This document shows positions 49,918 through 60,906 of a stretch of 64,000 bases of DNA, in pieces (position 1 is the stretch's first letter; each line of letters begins with the position of its first letter). The DNA is from Candidatus Bathyarchaeota archaeon. Lineage in GTDB: Archaea; Thermoproteota; Bathyarchaeia; Bathyarchaeales; Bathycorpusculaceae. The translations under genes were made by a program, and so were the position numbers. Below the pieces are notes generated by a model. The model saw only the letters and a list, made by a program, of their open reading frames with translations, had not been told where the DNA came from and did no database searches. The stretch is taken from the NCBI GenBank assembly GCA_963775465.1, contig CAVZIW010000004.1, positions 64,001 to 128,000 of the forward strand, given 5' to 3'.

Positions 49918-52806
49918 TTAAAATAATCCCTTTCTCCTTTTCAAAATTAATCTCTGAACACTACTGCTCGTAAGTATGTAGAAAAGTACTACCACAGATG
50001 CAGTCGATATTGTCACTAAAACTCCTTTAGCGAATAAGGTTTCAGGTGTATACTCGACAATTATAGAAAACTGACCAGTCCGATTTACCCAAAAACCATT
50101 CATCATTCCCGAAATCGGTATGCTTGAAAAGATTTTCCCTGCCACACCTGCAGTCCATAGACCGTTATACGGTTCTGAAAACACGAGCATAAAAGGACTT
50201 GAGGAATTAATATTCACCACAAACTTTGTCGGGTTTACTTCAGTATAACTGACAATAAAAGGCAACTTTTGAGCTGAACCAAAAACATCGCCTGATAAGG
50301 TTCCATTTGTAGAAAGTGTCACAACATTTGATTGACGCATTAAATCGTTAAGCTGTTGGGTGCAACTATGTTTAGCCGAAAGTGGTAATAATGAAATAAG
50401 ATTTAAAGGATTAAAACCGTTCTCACTAGTAATGCTAATATCATGTTTTCCAGAACCTAACGAAATATTTCCTAAGCTCAACCATTTGAAACCTTCAAGC
50501 GTATTTGTTTGTGTATTAATTACCCCAACTTGATTTCCATCAATACTCATAGATACATTCCCACCTTGTGGATTTTGTAAGACTCTAAGCCAGCCTTCAT
50601 AGTTATCAGATATAGGTAAGAAGGTTGTAAAATTAAGTGTTGCTTGCTGAGTCTCAGGTATTATGATACCCTTATTTAAATCAAAATCGTACTTGTTGCC
50701 GCCATCAAATTTTTTAAGAACAGCTTGGCTCCAATAATAGTCAGAGTAAGTTTCTTTGCTCCAAGCAGTTATGGGATATGTTTGAGTAAGATAATTAACT
50801 GGTGAAATTGAATAGTTCTGACATAAAGTATCCATTAACAGGTCATCGAAGTTTTTGTTACCATAAAATAATATCGTATTATTTTCTTGCAAATGAAAGA
50901 TAGTATTCAATCGGACAAAATCCATTGGATATTGTTCTAGAAATATCCAAGCATTATTATTTAAGGACACATTTGAATAGTCGCTTAATGTAATTAAAGA
51001 ATCCAAGCCACCTACAACAAATACGGTTCTATTCAAAGCGTACAGAAAACGTGAGTCGCCTGTATTTCTAAAAAGATATAGATTACTTTCATTGAAATTA
51101 CATAACAGATCATTCTGAGCAATTAAATTAGTATAAATTGACTGATATGAAGCCCAATCGTAAGTATCATTGTGAAAAATTACATACCTCACGTTTGCTA
51201 AAGAAAACAGATTACCCATATTCTGAGAACCATTTGAAAGTAACGCATCGTAAACTAAATTACCGAAAACCCCCATATTCGGAGAAGGCACTGTCCCCCA
51301 GCCATATGATAAAATAGGTCTTGATGAGGTAATATATTCTGGCTTGTTAGTAAATTGGTTTGCCCAAATCATACTTGCACTTTCAGGATAAAAAACAGTT
51401 CTAAAATTACCACTCGCCGTATCCAAAAATTTATTCATATTTACGTATTGGCTAGGTAACTGTACTGGAGTTATTGCCCCATTCATATTTCCAGTCATTA
51501 GAGGATAACTTGTTATCCCAACTGAGAGCACAACCAAACATACTAAGGCTAAAGCAAACAATTTTTTTCGTGCCTTACCAAACAGCCATAAACTGGTAGA
51601 TGGTCGTGCAGTTTTAGCGGCTAAATGATTATTAACAAAATATTTTGAGAGCACATAGGAAATGAAAAATCCGCATAAAAAGGCGTAGGCCAAACAAGTT
51701 ATCCCGACAAAATAACCAGGATACTTTAAAATCGTTTCAAATAACGATTGAAGACCAATCGCCTTTGGAAGTACGGATGAAAACCATATGTACAATCCCC
51801 CAAATGGCTCAGAGGTACCTTTAGCAATAAAAATTGAAAGTAATAAAAGCATTGATAGAGATTGTATGGTTTTATCCTTAGACTTTTTCAACAAAGCAAG
51901 AGAAGCTAAAATTGGCACAATAATAGCTGTTATCCAAATAATACTAAAACCACCATCAGGATAAAAGAATGGTTGAGGATAAGAAGTAGCCGAAATAACG
52001 CTGAGTACAGAAGGACTGTTAGAGATTATAGTATTCGTAGATGTTATAGCCCAGTATGCTACAGGCCGGACTTCGATATAAGGCATCAACCAAAAAGAAG
52101 AAATTAACACAGAGAGGAATATCATTAAAATAAAAGCAATAGATACTTTCTTTATGTATGCGAATACTGAATGTTGATTGAAATGGTAAATAACATTCCA
52201 AACTAAAAGAAATACAACAACAATTGAACACATGAACATTGCTCGAGCCTCAGCCATAAAAGGGAACAAAACAGCTAAGACTAATGCATTTCTTAGAGCC
52301 CCCTTAAGGGCCACGCTATTAATCATTTTTTGAGTGAAATGAAAAACAAGAGGTAGAAGCATATATCCCCATAAAAATGAATAGTGAAAGAACTGGGGAA
52401 CAATGCTGGGATTAATCGTGTAAATTAATGACCCAATGGTAGCACCCACGTACAAAGACAGTTGATTATTATCTCTTTTCCTGAGAAATGAATAAATCAC
52501 GCCAAAAGAAATGAAATTTATCAAAAAAAATATAAGAAAATAATATATTTTCTGAGAAATCTCTGTGTTGAAAATAAAAGCTATTGGTGAGTATACAAAA
52601 ACACTCAAGAACATGCTATTATCGCCGCTCAAGGCAGGATTAAAAGTGTGAGCTGAACTTCTAAGCACATTGCTATAATAAGTCCAGATTATATCGATGG
52701 ATTCCATTTGGCCAGGCGTAAACAAAACGCCCCTTAAAATAAACACTGAAAGAGCAATCGATTGAACAAGTGCTACTAAAATTAAAATTATAGTCGTCTT
52801 CTTCAT
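49918..52806 (-). CDS. Large multi-TM GT-C-like protein (AftD/DUF3367/YfhO-like) with extracellular domain
   Basis: ~12 TM segments, YTINP, KGTSEPFG, NVRYVIFHND, LVFSEPYNGLW..NGFW C-terminus. Confidence 0.7.
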   Translation of the reverse strand: MKKTTIILILVALVQSIALSVFILRGVLFTPGQMESIDIIWTYYSNVLRSSAHTFNPALSGDNSMFLSVFVYSPIAFIFNTEISQKIYYFLIFFLINFISFGVIYSFLRKRDNNQLSLYVGATIGSLIYTINPSIVPQFFHYSFLWGYMLLPLVFHFTQKMINSVALKGALRNALVLAVLFPFMAEARAMFMCSIVVVFLLVWNVIYHFNQHSVFAYIKKVSIAFILMIFLSVLISSFWLMPYIEVRPVAYWAITSTNTIISNSPSVLSVISATSYPQPFFYPDGGFSIIWITAIIVPILASLALLKKSKDKTIQSLSMLLLLSIFIAKGTSEPFGGLYIWFSSVLPKAIGLQSLFETILKYPGYFVGITCLAYAFLCGFFISYVLSKYFVNNHLAAKTARPSTSLWLFGKARKKLFALALVCLVVLSVGITSYPLMTGNMNGAITPVQLPSQYVNMNKFLDTASGNFRTVFYPESASMIWANQFTNKPEYITSSRPILSYGWGTVPSPNMGVFGNLVYDALLSNGSQNMGNLFSLANVRYVIFHNDTYDWASYQSIYTNLIAQNDLLCNFNESNLYLFRNTGDSRFLYALNRTVFVVGGLDSLITLSDYSNVSLNNNAWIFLEQYPMDFVRLNTIFHLQENNTILFYGNKNFDDLLMDTLCQNYSISPVNYLTQTYPITAWSKETYSDYYWSQAVLKKFDGGNKYDFDLNKGIIIPETQQATLNFTTFLPISDNYEGWLRVLQNPQGGNVSMSIDGNQVGVINTQTNTLEGFKWLSLGNISLGSGKHDISITSENGFNPLNLISLLPLSAKHSCTQQLNDLMRQSNVVTLSTNGTLSGDVFGSAQKLPFIVSYTEVNPTKFVVNINSSSPFMLVFSEPYNGLWTAGVAGKIFSSIPISGMMNGFWVNRTGQFSIIVEYTPETLFAKGVLVTISTASVVVLFYILTSSSVQRLILKRRKGLF

Positions 52807-53879
52807 CTTGCAATGTTGACTCCCGTTGCACTAGAAAATTGGTCATACAACCGCTGATTATTTCTTAGACTCGCTGGATTAACATTCTTCATAAGAGCGG
52901 TAACAGTATTATCCGGCATTCTACGCACAAAATACTGCACTATCACCCGTTTCTTCCAACTTTGTCTAAAATTACTTAGGTTCCAAATATACGCTTTCAA
53001 TATAGCAAATGTACACTCAGGGTTACCACCGGCAAAATTTGATAACGCCCGAATACTCTCTAGAATAATCAACAAGGGAAAGTATTTCATTAAATTAGAG
53101 AGCGAATAATTTTTAATCAGAGTCAGCATGCGATTTTTACAGTGATGAAAAACAAGTCGACTTCGTTTGCGGGAGGTTGTTCTACTCCTGTGATGATAAA
53201 CAATCGAGCGTGGAGCAATTACAGTTTCATATCCGCCTAACTTCATCTTCCAGGAAAGGTCAACATCCTCATAAGCGAAGAAAAAATCGGAGTCAAAAAG
53301 CGTGACCTTTCCAGGACATACCCTTCTAAGCGCTCGCATCTTAATCGTCACAGCCGCACCGTTGGCGTAAAACACCTCGTCCACCTTATTATATACATTC
53401 TTGCCCTTGACAAATCCCCGCTCAAAACCATAACCGCACTTATCGATGAAAGCTCCAGCGCTTTCAAGAACATCACGATTATACCAAAAAAACAGTTTAC
53501 TCTGAATAATCCCAATTTTTTCATCTGATTCAGCAACTTTTATCGATTCACTCAACCAATCCTTGTCAACTTCGGTGTCATTATTTAACAGAGTAACGTA
53601 GGCACCTTTAGCGTATGTTAAACCAACGTTGTTGCCTTCAGCAAACCCTTTGTTCGCATCATTCTTAACAAAACTTAATCGCCGATCTTTGCCAAACTGA
53701 TTAACAGTCGACTCATAACTTCCATCTGCAGAAGCATTGTCAACAAAAATGACCTCAAAATTGGGGTAGTTTGTATCTAAGACAGATTGAACGCATTTAT
53801 CCACAACACCGGCGCCATTATAATTAAGAATAATAATAGAAACCAAGGGATTAAAGGAGACTTCGTTCAAGCATTTCAC
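52803..53879 (-). CDS. GT2 glycosyltransferase
   Basis: SIIILNYNG, VDNASADGS, GFAEGNN, LLNND, YEDVDLSW. Confidence 0.92.
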   Translation of the reverse strand: MKCLNEVSFNPLVSIIILNYNGAGVVDKCVQSVLDTNYPNFEVIFVDNASADGSYESTVNQFGKDRRLSFVKNDANKGFAEGNNVGLTYAKGAYVTLLNNDTEVDKDWLSESIKVAESDEKIGIIQSKLFFWYNRDVLESAGAFIDKCGYGFERGFVKGKNVYNKVDEVFYANGAAVTIKMRALRRVCPGKVTLFDSDFFFAYEDVDLSWKMKLGGYETVIAPRSIVYHHRSRTTSRKRSRLVFHHCKNRMLTLIKNYSLSNLMKYFPLLIILESIRALSNFAGGNPECTFAILKAYIWNLSNFRQSWKKRVIVQYFVRRMPDNTVTALMKNVNPASLRNNQRLYDQFSSATGVNIAR

Positions 53880-54817
53880 TTAGATCGGCCAAGATTAGAC
53901 AAATACTCTTTAATGCCCTCTTCAGGGCTTCTTGCGACTATACCCAATTGTTTCTTCATTAAACTAGTTTCAGCTAATGTATAATCGAAGTATTTTTCAG
54001 GTTTTGGAACATAGACGGGCTCAATTTTCTTCCCCAACAACTCATTAATAATAAGCACAACATCGTTGAATTTGAGGTTCCTTCCAGTGCCCACATTAAC
54101 TATTGTATTTGAGATTGATTTCTCTGCGGAACTTACAACCGAATCTACAACATCATCGATGTAAACAAAGTCCCTATTCTGAGTTCCATCTCCAAAGATA
54201 ATTGGGCGCTCATTTTTGAGCATACAATTCAGAAAAATCGTCACCACACTTGCATAATCACCTTTATGTTCCTCGCCAGGACCAAATCCTGCAAAAATTC
54301 TTAAGCCCACGCTTGGAACAAGATCAAAATTCCACAGTGCAATTTTTTCGCAAGTGAGCTTGGTTGTTCCATAGAGATTGGTTGGGTTAGCTAAGCCATG
54401 TTCTGATTGAGGAGCAGGAGCGGTTCCGTAGACACTGCCACTTGACGGATAAACCACCTTTTTTACTCCAGTATTTTTAGCAAATTCAAAAATATTATTC
54501 AAACCACAAATAGTACTACTTAAGGCAAAAACTGGGTCTTTATTGAACAATATTATAGAAGATGGCGCGCCAAAATGGAACACGTAATCAATATCCTGAG
54601 GAAGATTTTCAAACGATTTTCTCTTTCTCACATCAGCCTTGATTATACAAACGGGCATTTTTGATAGTGTTTCGATGGATTTTCCTGTAGAAAAGTTGTC
54701 CATAGCAATCACTTTGGCTTTTAAATAAACAAGTCTTTTCAATAGGTTAATACCAATAAAGCCCGCGGCGCCTGTTATCAGAACCTTTCTATCATTCCAC
54801 TTCATGTTAGACGACAT
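53876..54817 (-). CDS. NAD-dependent sugar epimerase/dehydratase
   Basis: TGAAGFIG, SSGSVYG, YGTTK, GDGTQNRDFVY. Confidence 0.9.
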   Translation of the reverse strand: MSSNMKWNDRKVLITGAAGFIGINLLKRLVYLKAKVIAMDNFSTGKSIETLSKMPVCIIKADVRKRKSFENLPQDIDYVFHFGAPSSIILFNKDPVFALSSTICGLNNIFEFAKNTGVKKVVYPSSGSVYGTAPAPQSEHGLANPTNLYGTTKLTCEKIALWNFDLVPSVGLRIFAGFGPGEEHKGDYASVVTIFLNCMLKNERPIIFGDGTQNRDFVYIDDVVDSVVSSAEKSISNTIVNVGTGRNLKFNDVVLIINELLGKKIEPVYVPKPEKYFDYTLAETSLMKKQLGIVARSPEEGIKEYLSNLGRSK

Positions 54818-54861
54818 TCTCTTAATATAGGATTTAGATTGCTATTGGCTTTGGCGATAAT

Positions 54862-56121
54862 TTAAGACTTGCGTTTTTCTAGTATATTATAATATAAGTC
54901 CTCAGTGCATTTTGCCACTTGCCCCCAAGAACGCTCAGCAGCAATACTTCTCGCCGACTTTGATAGCTCCAAATTGAAAGAGTCATCATCAAGCGCCCTC
55001 TCAAGTTTTTGGGATAAATCCGAAATAGATCCAGTTTTAAAAACAGCTGAGGCAGGCAAAATATCACTAAACGACGAGACCTTTGAAGCAATCACAGGTC
55101 TATGGTGACCAACTGTAATGTTCATAGGTCCACCAGTTGAGAAAGAGGCAACATAAGGAAAGACAACAACGTCAGAAGCTGAAATGTAAGTTGATAATTG
55201 GTCATCTGGAATAAAACCGACAAATTTTATTCTTTTATCGCCCGAGATTTCATCCATTATTGTATCCCAGAATTTTTTATAGTTAGGTTCGTTTTTCAAT
55301 CTGGGATGCGCTGCCCCCCCAATTACAAGAACGCAATTTGGATCCTTGATATTCTTAAACGCCTTAACAAGAATATCAATCCCTTTATATTTTGTAATAT
55401 AACCAAAATACAACACAATTTTCTGCATATCAAAACCAAGCTTGCTCTTAGCTATTTCTTGGTTAATTGGTTCACTTTTAGGGATTCCATGAGGGACCAA
55501 AAATATCTTTTTAGGTGAACAGTGATATTGCTCTACTAGGACATTCTTATGCGTGTTATTCATTACAATGATTTTGCTTGAATTATCAGTAATTAATCGC
55601 GTAATTAACAATAAACCCATTTGTGACAACCAAATAGGCATTCCCTGAAGGTTTTCATTTCCTAAACTCCCTAATTCAGGATCCTTAATTTCAACGGGAT
55701 TGACAATACCATGTAAAGTCACTATTGTTTTCAATCTGAGAAATTTTGTAAGAAATATCACTAGAGGGAATAGCGCAGCTGAGAATGCTCGACCGAAAAT
55801 AAAATATTCATGCTGAATATGGACAATTTGCGGTTTATTTTGACAAAGTGTCTTAAAAATTTGAAATGGATATAGAACGCCTTCATTCCAACAATCTACA
55901 ATTCTAATTTTATCAGAAAAACCACGCTTTCCAAATTTTTCGCAACTATTTTTTTGAGATAAAATTGCTAAATGAAAATTGGCGAGATTGAATGACTCAA
56001 ACAGATTTCTTGTATAAGTCGAGACTCCACCGCCATCGGGTGGAGTAGTGGAAACAACGCACACTATGGGGGATATTGTTCCGTTCATTGCCCGTCTCTT
56101 TTGCATATTTCTCATCAACAA
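54862..56121 (-). CDS. GT4 glycosyltransferase
   Basis: HIQHEY, TLHG, PHG, FGYITKYKG, DVVVFPY. Confidence 0.88.
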   Translation of the reverse strand: MLMRNMQKRRAMNGTISPIVCVVSTTPPDGGGVSTYTRNLFESFNLANFHLAILSQKNSCEKFGKRGFSDKIRIVDCWNEGVLYPFQIFKTLCQNKPQIVHIQHEYFIFGRAFSAALFPLVIFLTKFLRLKTIVTLHGIVNPVEIKDPELGSLGNENLQGMPIWLSQMGLLLITRLITDNSSKIIVMNNTHKNVLVEQYHCSPKKIFLVPHGIPKSEPINQEIAKSKLGFDMQKIVLYFGYITKYKGIDILVKAFKNIKDPNCVLVIGGAAHPRLKNEPNYKKFWDTIMDEISGDKRIKFVGFIPDDQLSTYISASDVVVFPYVASFSTGGPMNITVGHHRPVIASKVSSFSDILPASAVFKTGSISDLSQKLERALDDDSFNLELSKSARSIAAERSWGQVAKCTEDLYYNILEKRKS

Positions 56122-56180
56122 TTCTCACGAATAATAAGTGTTGCTATTAATTTTAATAATTCTAAAACAAAATTTCGTTA

Positions 56181-56951
56181 TCAACCACGAAAAACAGAAG
56201 AAACTAAATTCTGAATACTATTCTTTTTAAGAACCAGGCCTTCGTACGAATGTGTAATTCGTAGTCTGTAGGCTATTCTAAACAAATCCATAAGCATATA
56301 CCACATTTCCATTGGCTTGAATTTGGCATCCAACTTGATATTCACAGGCATCTCCACCACTTTTAAGCCATAAAGATTCGCGACAGCGAGTAACTCAACG
56401 TCGAAAGCATAACGCTTCACAGCCAATCTGGGAAATATGTCGATGAATGCATACTTCTTCATTGCTTTAAGTCCGGACTGGGTATCTTTAAGTTGTACTC
56501 CTGTAAGAAGGCGAACTAAGCCATTGAAACTTTCACTTAAAATTTTTCTTGACAATGGCACTTCTACTTGTGAATTGATATGTTTTTTAGAAGCTATGAC
56601 AATGTCCCCGTGTTTAAGGGCTTCAAGGTATTTTGAAATCGTTCTCAAGTCGATTTCCATGTCGCCATCCGCAAAAATGACAACACTTCCGGCAGCTTCC
56701 ATGAAACCAGTCTTAACAGCATACCCTTTCCCAAGGTTTCTATCATGACTTACTACTCTAACATGACCATTTTTACTTGCATACTTCGACGCTTTGGCTA
56801 GAGTTTTATCTGCACTTCCATCATTAACAACCAAGATTTCATAACTCAAATTTTTGTCAATAATAACAGCGTCGATCGATCCAAGCGTATCTTCAATAAA
56901 CTCTTCTTCATTGAAGGCTGGAACAACGAATGATAATTCAACTTGGCTCAT
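56181..56951 (-). CDS. GT2 dolichyl-phosphate glycosyltransferase (DPM/Alg5-like)
   Basis: VPAFNEE, VNDGSAD, NLGKG.A, DGD, DTQSGLK, FDVELL. Confidence 0.9.
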   Translation of the reverse strand: MSQVELSFVVPAFNEEEFIEDTLGSIDAVIIDKNLSYEILVVNDGSADKTLAKASKYASKNGHVRVVSHDRNLGKGYAVKTGFMEAAGSVVIFADGDMEIDLRTISKYLEALKHGDIVIASKKHINSQVEVPLSRKILSESFNGLVRLLTGVQLKDTQSGLKAMKKYAFIDIFPRLAVKRYAFDVELLAVANLYGLKVVEMPVNIKLDAKFKPMEMWYMLMDLFRIAYRLRITHSYEGLVLKKNSIQNLVSSVFRG

Positions 56952-57201
56952 TAGGAACCTCCGCGGAAGTGGACGCCTCTCTATACTTTAGAAGGCAACC
57001 AAACTGTAAAGCTACACCAGCCACCAAAGCGTAAAAGGCATAGATAGAGATAGATTCAGCAAAATAAGTTAATCCCCAAGATAATGAAAGTGCAGCACCA
57101 AGCAAAAGTAATATAAATGCAACTATAAAGGGGGAGCCCCAGTTCTTCTTAACGTATCCTCTTAGCTCGAGCAGAATTTTGCAGTGGCCAACTTTTATCA
57201 T
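56938..57201 (-). CDS. Small two-TM membrane protein
   Basis: NWGSPFI, AFYALVAGVALQ; overlaps the GT2 start. Confidence 0.7.
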   Translation of the reverse strand: MIKVGHCKILLELRGYVKKNWGSPFIVAFILLLLGAALSLSWGLTYFAESISIYAFYALVAGVALQFGCLLKYREASTSAEVPNEPS

Positions 57202-57528
57202 ATTAAGGAAGCACGGTTATGTTTAGAGCGTGGCGCAGAATTTAACATTTGTCATAATTTATGATTACACACAAAAAATTCCAGAGTAGGAAGAACCATT
57301 AGAACAAAGAGACATTACTGCATTCTTGAATTAATAGCATTATGATTGGACATTAATAACTTGTATAACAACCGAGAAGAAAAAGAAAGAGAATCAATGC
57401 CCAGTTAATAACAGAAGTATTTCCAATTTTCTGAGTTCTTTTAAGTTTTAACAATCAAGTCAGAATAAATAATATATATATTATTTTTTTTTGGAAATTA
57501 GAAAGAATTGCAGTCCTGTTGATAAATT

Positions 57529-59046
57529 CTACTGAGATGCGTCATACCCATAGATTGCAATGTTCCCACTGCTATAGACTTCTCGGAACAATGATGGTAA
57601 AGTTGGTTGGTCATACCATCCATGTCCATTTATCCACCAAATAATGAATAATTGTGAGTGCCCTTCTTGAGCTGCCACATTTGCCGCTTGTTCAGGAGCG
57701 TCAAATCCGTAGTTTCTTATCTGATTCTCATTAATTGTTAGCAATGCCCAACCATAAAACACCGTATGAGTTAGCAAAAGTGCGCTGCTATTTTCATTAT
57801 TTTTGAACCATTGCAGCGCATTTACAGTGTCTTTGCAATCGGTTATTGAAATGGTATTTTGGAGCATCGAAGTTGGGATTTGATAGGAGTAACCATTGAA
57901 GGATTCAGGGTTAAAGTATTCGAATGGATGGTTTGGAGTAATAGATATGTAGCCAAAGCTTAGAACCGCTGTCGACAAAACAAGATATAATACTGCAATT
58001 CTGCGCACATTAACCTTGTAGTGTTTCCATTTAATCGCCCTGAGCCTACTTAACGCATCCGTCGCGAAAAAGGCAAGTGGATAAGTAAGCATAAGTACCC
58101 AACGATAAGGACTAACAGATGCTATTGGCAACAACATCAGAATAAAGCTAAAAAAAAGCCAAGAATCAAGATGAAGATTCCTAAGGCGCCATATACCTAT
58201 GAGCGCTAAAGGCAGCATAAACAAGAAACAATACAAAAACAAACCACCTGTACTTATCAACATCGATTGATAGGAAGCAAAGCCAGTCCAACTAGCTAAT
58301 ACCGACCCCACATTTGTTGAGTAATCAAGAAGACCAGCTTGTAACACACCATTCAAATAAACTATGAAAAAATATGAAACCGCAGGCAAAGAAACCGCAA
58401 TCAATTTAATAGAGTTGCCAAAAGCTTTATGATACAAACTATTTACAATTGTAAAAGCAATAACTCCCAACATAAGAACTGACACAAGTTGGTGAGATAA
58501 CGCCACCACTGTCATGGCTAAGGAAAGAACAACACAATTTTTCCATTTCATAACCTTTCTTTCGCTTAGCAGCATTAAGACCAAAAAAAAGAAAACTAAA
58601 CCGAGTTCTTCTCGAAGCTGATCCCAAGAAGCTCTCAAAGCAACGAAGTAAAGGGTCCCTAAAAGAGCCACAAACGCACTTTTGGAAGGCGACCAGTTTA
58701 AGCCCTTTCGTGCATATGTAAATATAGTTAACCCTAACAAACCTAGAAGCAAGGGCGAAATTATCTTAAGGACAAAGACAGGTGACCCGACTACGGCAAC
58801 TACTGACGTGAAAATAATATAGAATAGAGGTGCAGTTTCAAGAAATTTTCCTAAACTTATGCCACCATGCAACAACAACATAGAATTAGGAACATAGAAG
58901 CCAATGGTATCAAACCCAATGATATAGGGTCCTATCAGAATCTCAGGTATAACTCTTATAATTAAAGGCAATAAGAATGCCAAGAGAGGGAAAATGAGCC
59001 GATTTTGGGCAATCCAATCTTTCACTTGTTTACAAACTTTAACCAC
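57529..59046 (-). CDS. Multi-TM GT-C-like membrane protein
   Basis: IRVIPE...GFDT..YV first-loop motif, ~11 TM helices, C-terminal soluble domain. Confidence 0.65.
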   Translation of the reverse strand: MVKVCKQVKDWIAQNRLIFPLLAFLLPLIIRVIPEILIGPYIIGFDTIGFYVPNSMLLLHGGISLGKFLETAPLFYIIFTSVVAVVGSPVFVLKIISPLLLGLLGLTIFTYARKGLNWSPSKSAFVALLGTLYFVALRASWDQLREELGLVFFFLVLMLLSERKVMKWKNCVVLSLAMTVVALSHQLVSVLMLGVIAFTIVNSLYHKAFGNSIKLIAVSLPAVSYFFIVYLNGVLQAGLLDYSTNVGSVLASWTGFASYQSMLISTGGLFLYCFLFMLPLALIGIWRLRNLHLDSWLFFSFILMLLPIASVSPYRWVLMLTYPLAFFATDALSRLRAIKWKHYKVNVRRIAVLYLVLSTAVLSFGYISITPNHPFEYFNPESFNGYSYQIPTSMLQNTISITDCKDTVNALQWFKNNENSSALLLTHTVFYGWALLTINENQIRNYGFDAPEQAANVAAQEGHSQLFIIWWINGHGWYDQPTLPSLFREVYSSGNIAIYGYDASQ

Positions 59047-59273
59047 TTAATTTTTCCAACGTTAGAGTGATTCTTGTATTAAACTTTAGTTGCCATCCTA
59101 AATGTTTTCCGCTGACAAAAACCACTAAAACCTAAGATTCAGAACCCAGATCAAATCAGACGATGATTTGCATTTACCCAAGAAGCCTAATTTGTTAAAA
59201 AGTCTAAAGGTTAATGTGCAAGAAATTGCTGAATCTGACCAATTATGGGATTCCAAAATAGAGTCCGAAAAAA

Positions 59274-60515
59274 TCAGATAATCAAGTTATCTGACACGTT
59301 ATCGCTAATGCCTTTCTTCGTAGTTTTTGTCCACTCTCTTTTTCGTCTAAACAACAAATTCAAAAAAGCCCACCCTGCAATAACCATTTGGATTAGCCAA
59401 TAGACGTAGATTGTGGGTATCCAGACTAGATTTTTGAGTTTTATGGGCTTTTCAGAAGCTGTGAGGGCGACTCCTATTGAGATAATTGAGACTGCAGTTA
59501 ACGCAATGACAAGCCCGGTAAAGTCTAGGATTGGGCTGCTTTGTGAGAGAAATATCGCGATGAAAATCCAGTTAAGGTAACTTAGCAGCGATACAACCAT
59601 CATGAAGGGACCAGCCATGGATATTTCGGCATCCATGGTTCTTTTGTTAATTTTGTCTAATAAGCGACCATATTTTATTGCAGTTTCCATGTATCCTCGG
59701 TACCATCTAACCCGTTGTTTGATTAAACCACTTAAATTGTCAGGTGTCTCCTGTCCCGAGCAAACGTCAGGAGCATACTTAATTAAATGCTCCTTCTCGA
59801 CAAGTCTCAAGGCTAACTCAACATCTTCTGTTAGCGAGTTCTCATCCCAACCGCCCATTTCCTCAAGAACGTTTGTTCTTACGAATTGGCAGCTTCCCGT
59901 TAGCGGAACAAAAAGTTGAAGTCTTTCTCTGCCGCTTAGCAGCATTTGGAACCAAGCTTTTTCTTCTTTTGAGATGACTCTTGTTAGGGCGTTGCTTTTT
60001 TCGTTGATGGAGGTTGTTCTGCCTTGAACAGCTGTTATTTTCTGGTCGCCAAAGTATGATGCGACTTTTTTCAGAACATCTCTTTCTGGAAGACTATCTG
60101 CGTCAAATGTGCCTACCAGTTCACCTTTGACGTGGAGCAAAGCGAGGTTTAGAGCAGCGGGTTTACCTTTAGCCGTGGCTTCAGAGATAATTTTAAAAAT
60201 GTCAGGATACTTTTCAGAAAATTCTAAGCAAACTTTGCAGGTATCGTCGCTAGAGTTACCATCTACTACGATGACCTGCATTTTGTCTTTGGGATAGTCT
60301 ATTTTTAATATACCGTCTAGGCATCGGCGAACGACGTTTTCTTCATTTTTAGTGGGAACAATAAGAGAGATGTTTGGAAGATTTAGGATTGTGCTTTCTG
60401 CTGCTCGTTGTTTGCGTTTGTTTTTAATGCCTATGTAAATGATGGACCCATTGTATACCGTCCAAAAAAGTAGCACCGCCAACAAAGTAAGAGAGATAAT
60501 GTCAAAAACAATCAT
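59274..60515 (-). CDS. Processive-type GT2 (cellulose synthase-like)
   Basis: PTKNEE, GKPAALN, FDAD, TED, QRVRW (QxxRW). Confidence 0.9.
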   Translation of the reverse strand: MIVFDIISLTLLAVLLFWTVYNGSIIYIGIKNKRKQRAAESTILNLPNISLIVPTKNEENVVRRCLDGILKIDYPKDKMQVIVVDGNSSDDTCKVCLEFSEKYPDIFKIISEATAKGKPAALNLALLHVKGELVGTFDADSLPERDVLKKVASYFGDQKITAVQGRTTSINEKSNALTRVISKEEKAWFQMLLSGRERLQLFVPLTGSCQFVRTNVLEEMGGWDENSLTEDVELALRLVEKEHLIKYAPDVCSGQETPDNLSGLIKQRVRWYRGYMETAIKYGRLLDKINKRTMDAEISMAGPFMMVVSLLSYLNWIFIAIFLSQSSPILDFTGLVIALTAVSIISIGVALTASEKPIKLKNLVWIPTIYVYWLIQMVIAGWAFLNLLFRRKREWTKTTKKGISDNVSDNLII

Positions 60516-60906
60516 AAGATACCTACTTGTTTAATTCCTTGAAAGGATCGGAAACGCAATTGCAATGCGCAAATTGATTTATCTTCCAATAAGGGTGCAC
60601 AGCCAGTGAATATGAAACACTCTAATTGAATTGTAGAGGGGAAGATAAATTGTTTGTTCATTGTAGGTTCACATATGATTCTTTCGACTTTTTAATTTTT
60701 GTTTTTTTATTTCTTGGTTTGAGTTATTAAACCCATTGTTTAGAACAAGACAGATAAATAAGTATCTGAATAATCACTACACTTTTAGCGCAAAAAAGCT
60801 GAACGGCAAAGCATTCAAATTGAAGTATGATTTACGGGGTTTATAATGATAATTTTTAATAAACCTTAAAGGTTGCCCTTTCCTTTTTTAGTTACTGGAA
60901 CAAGAT

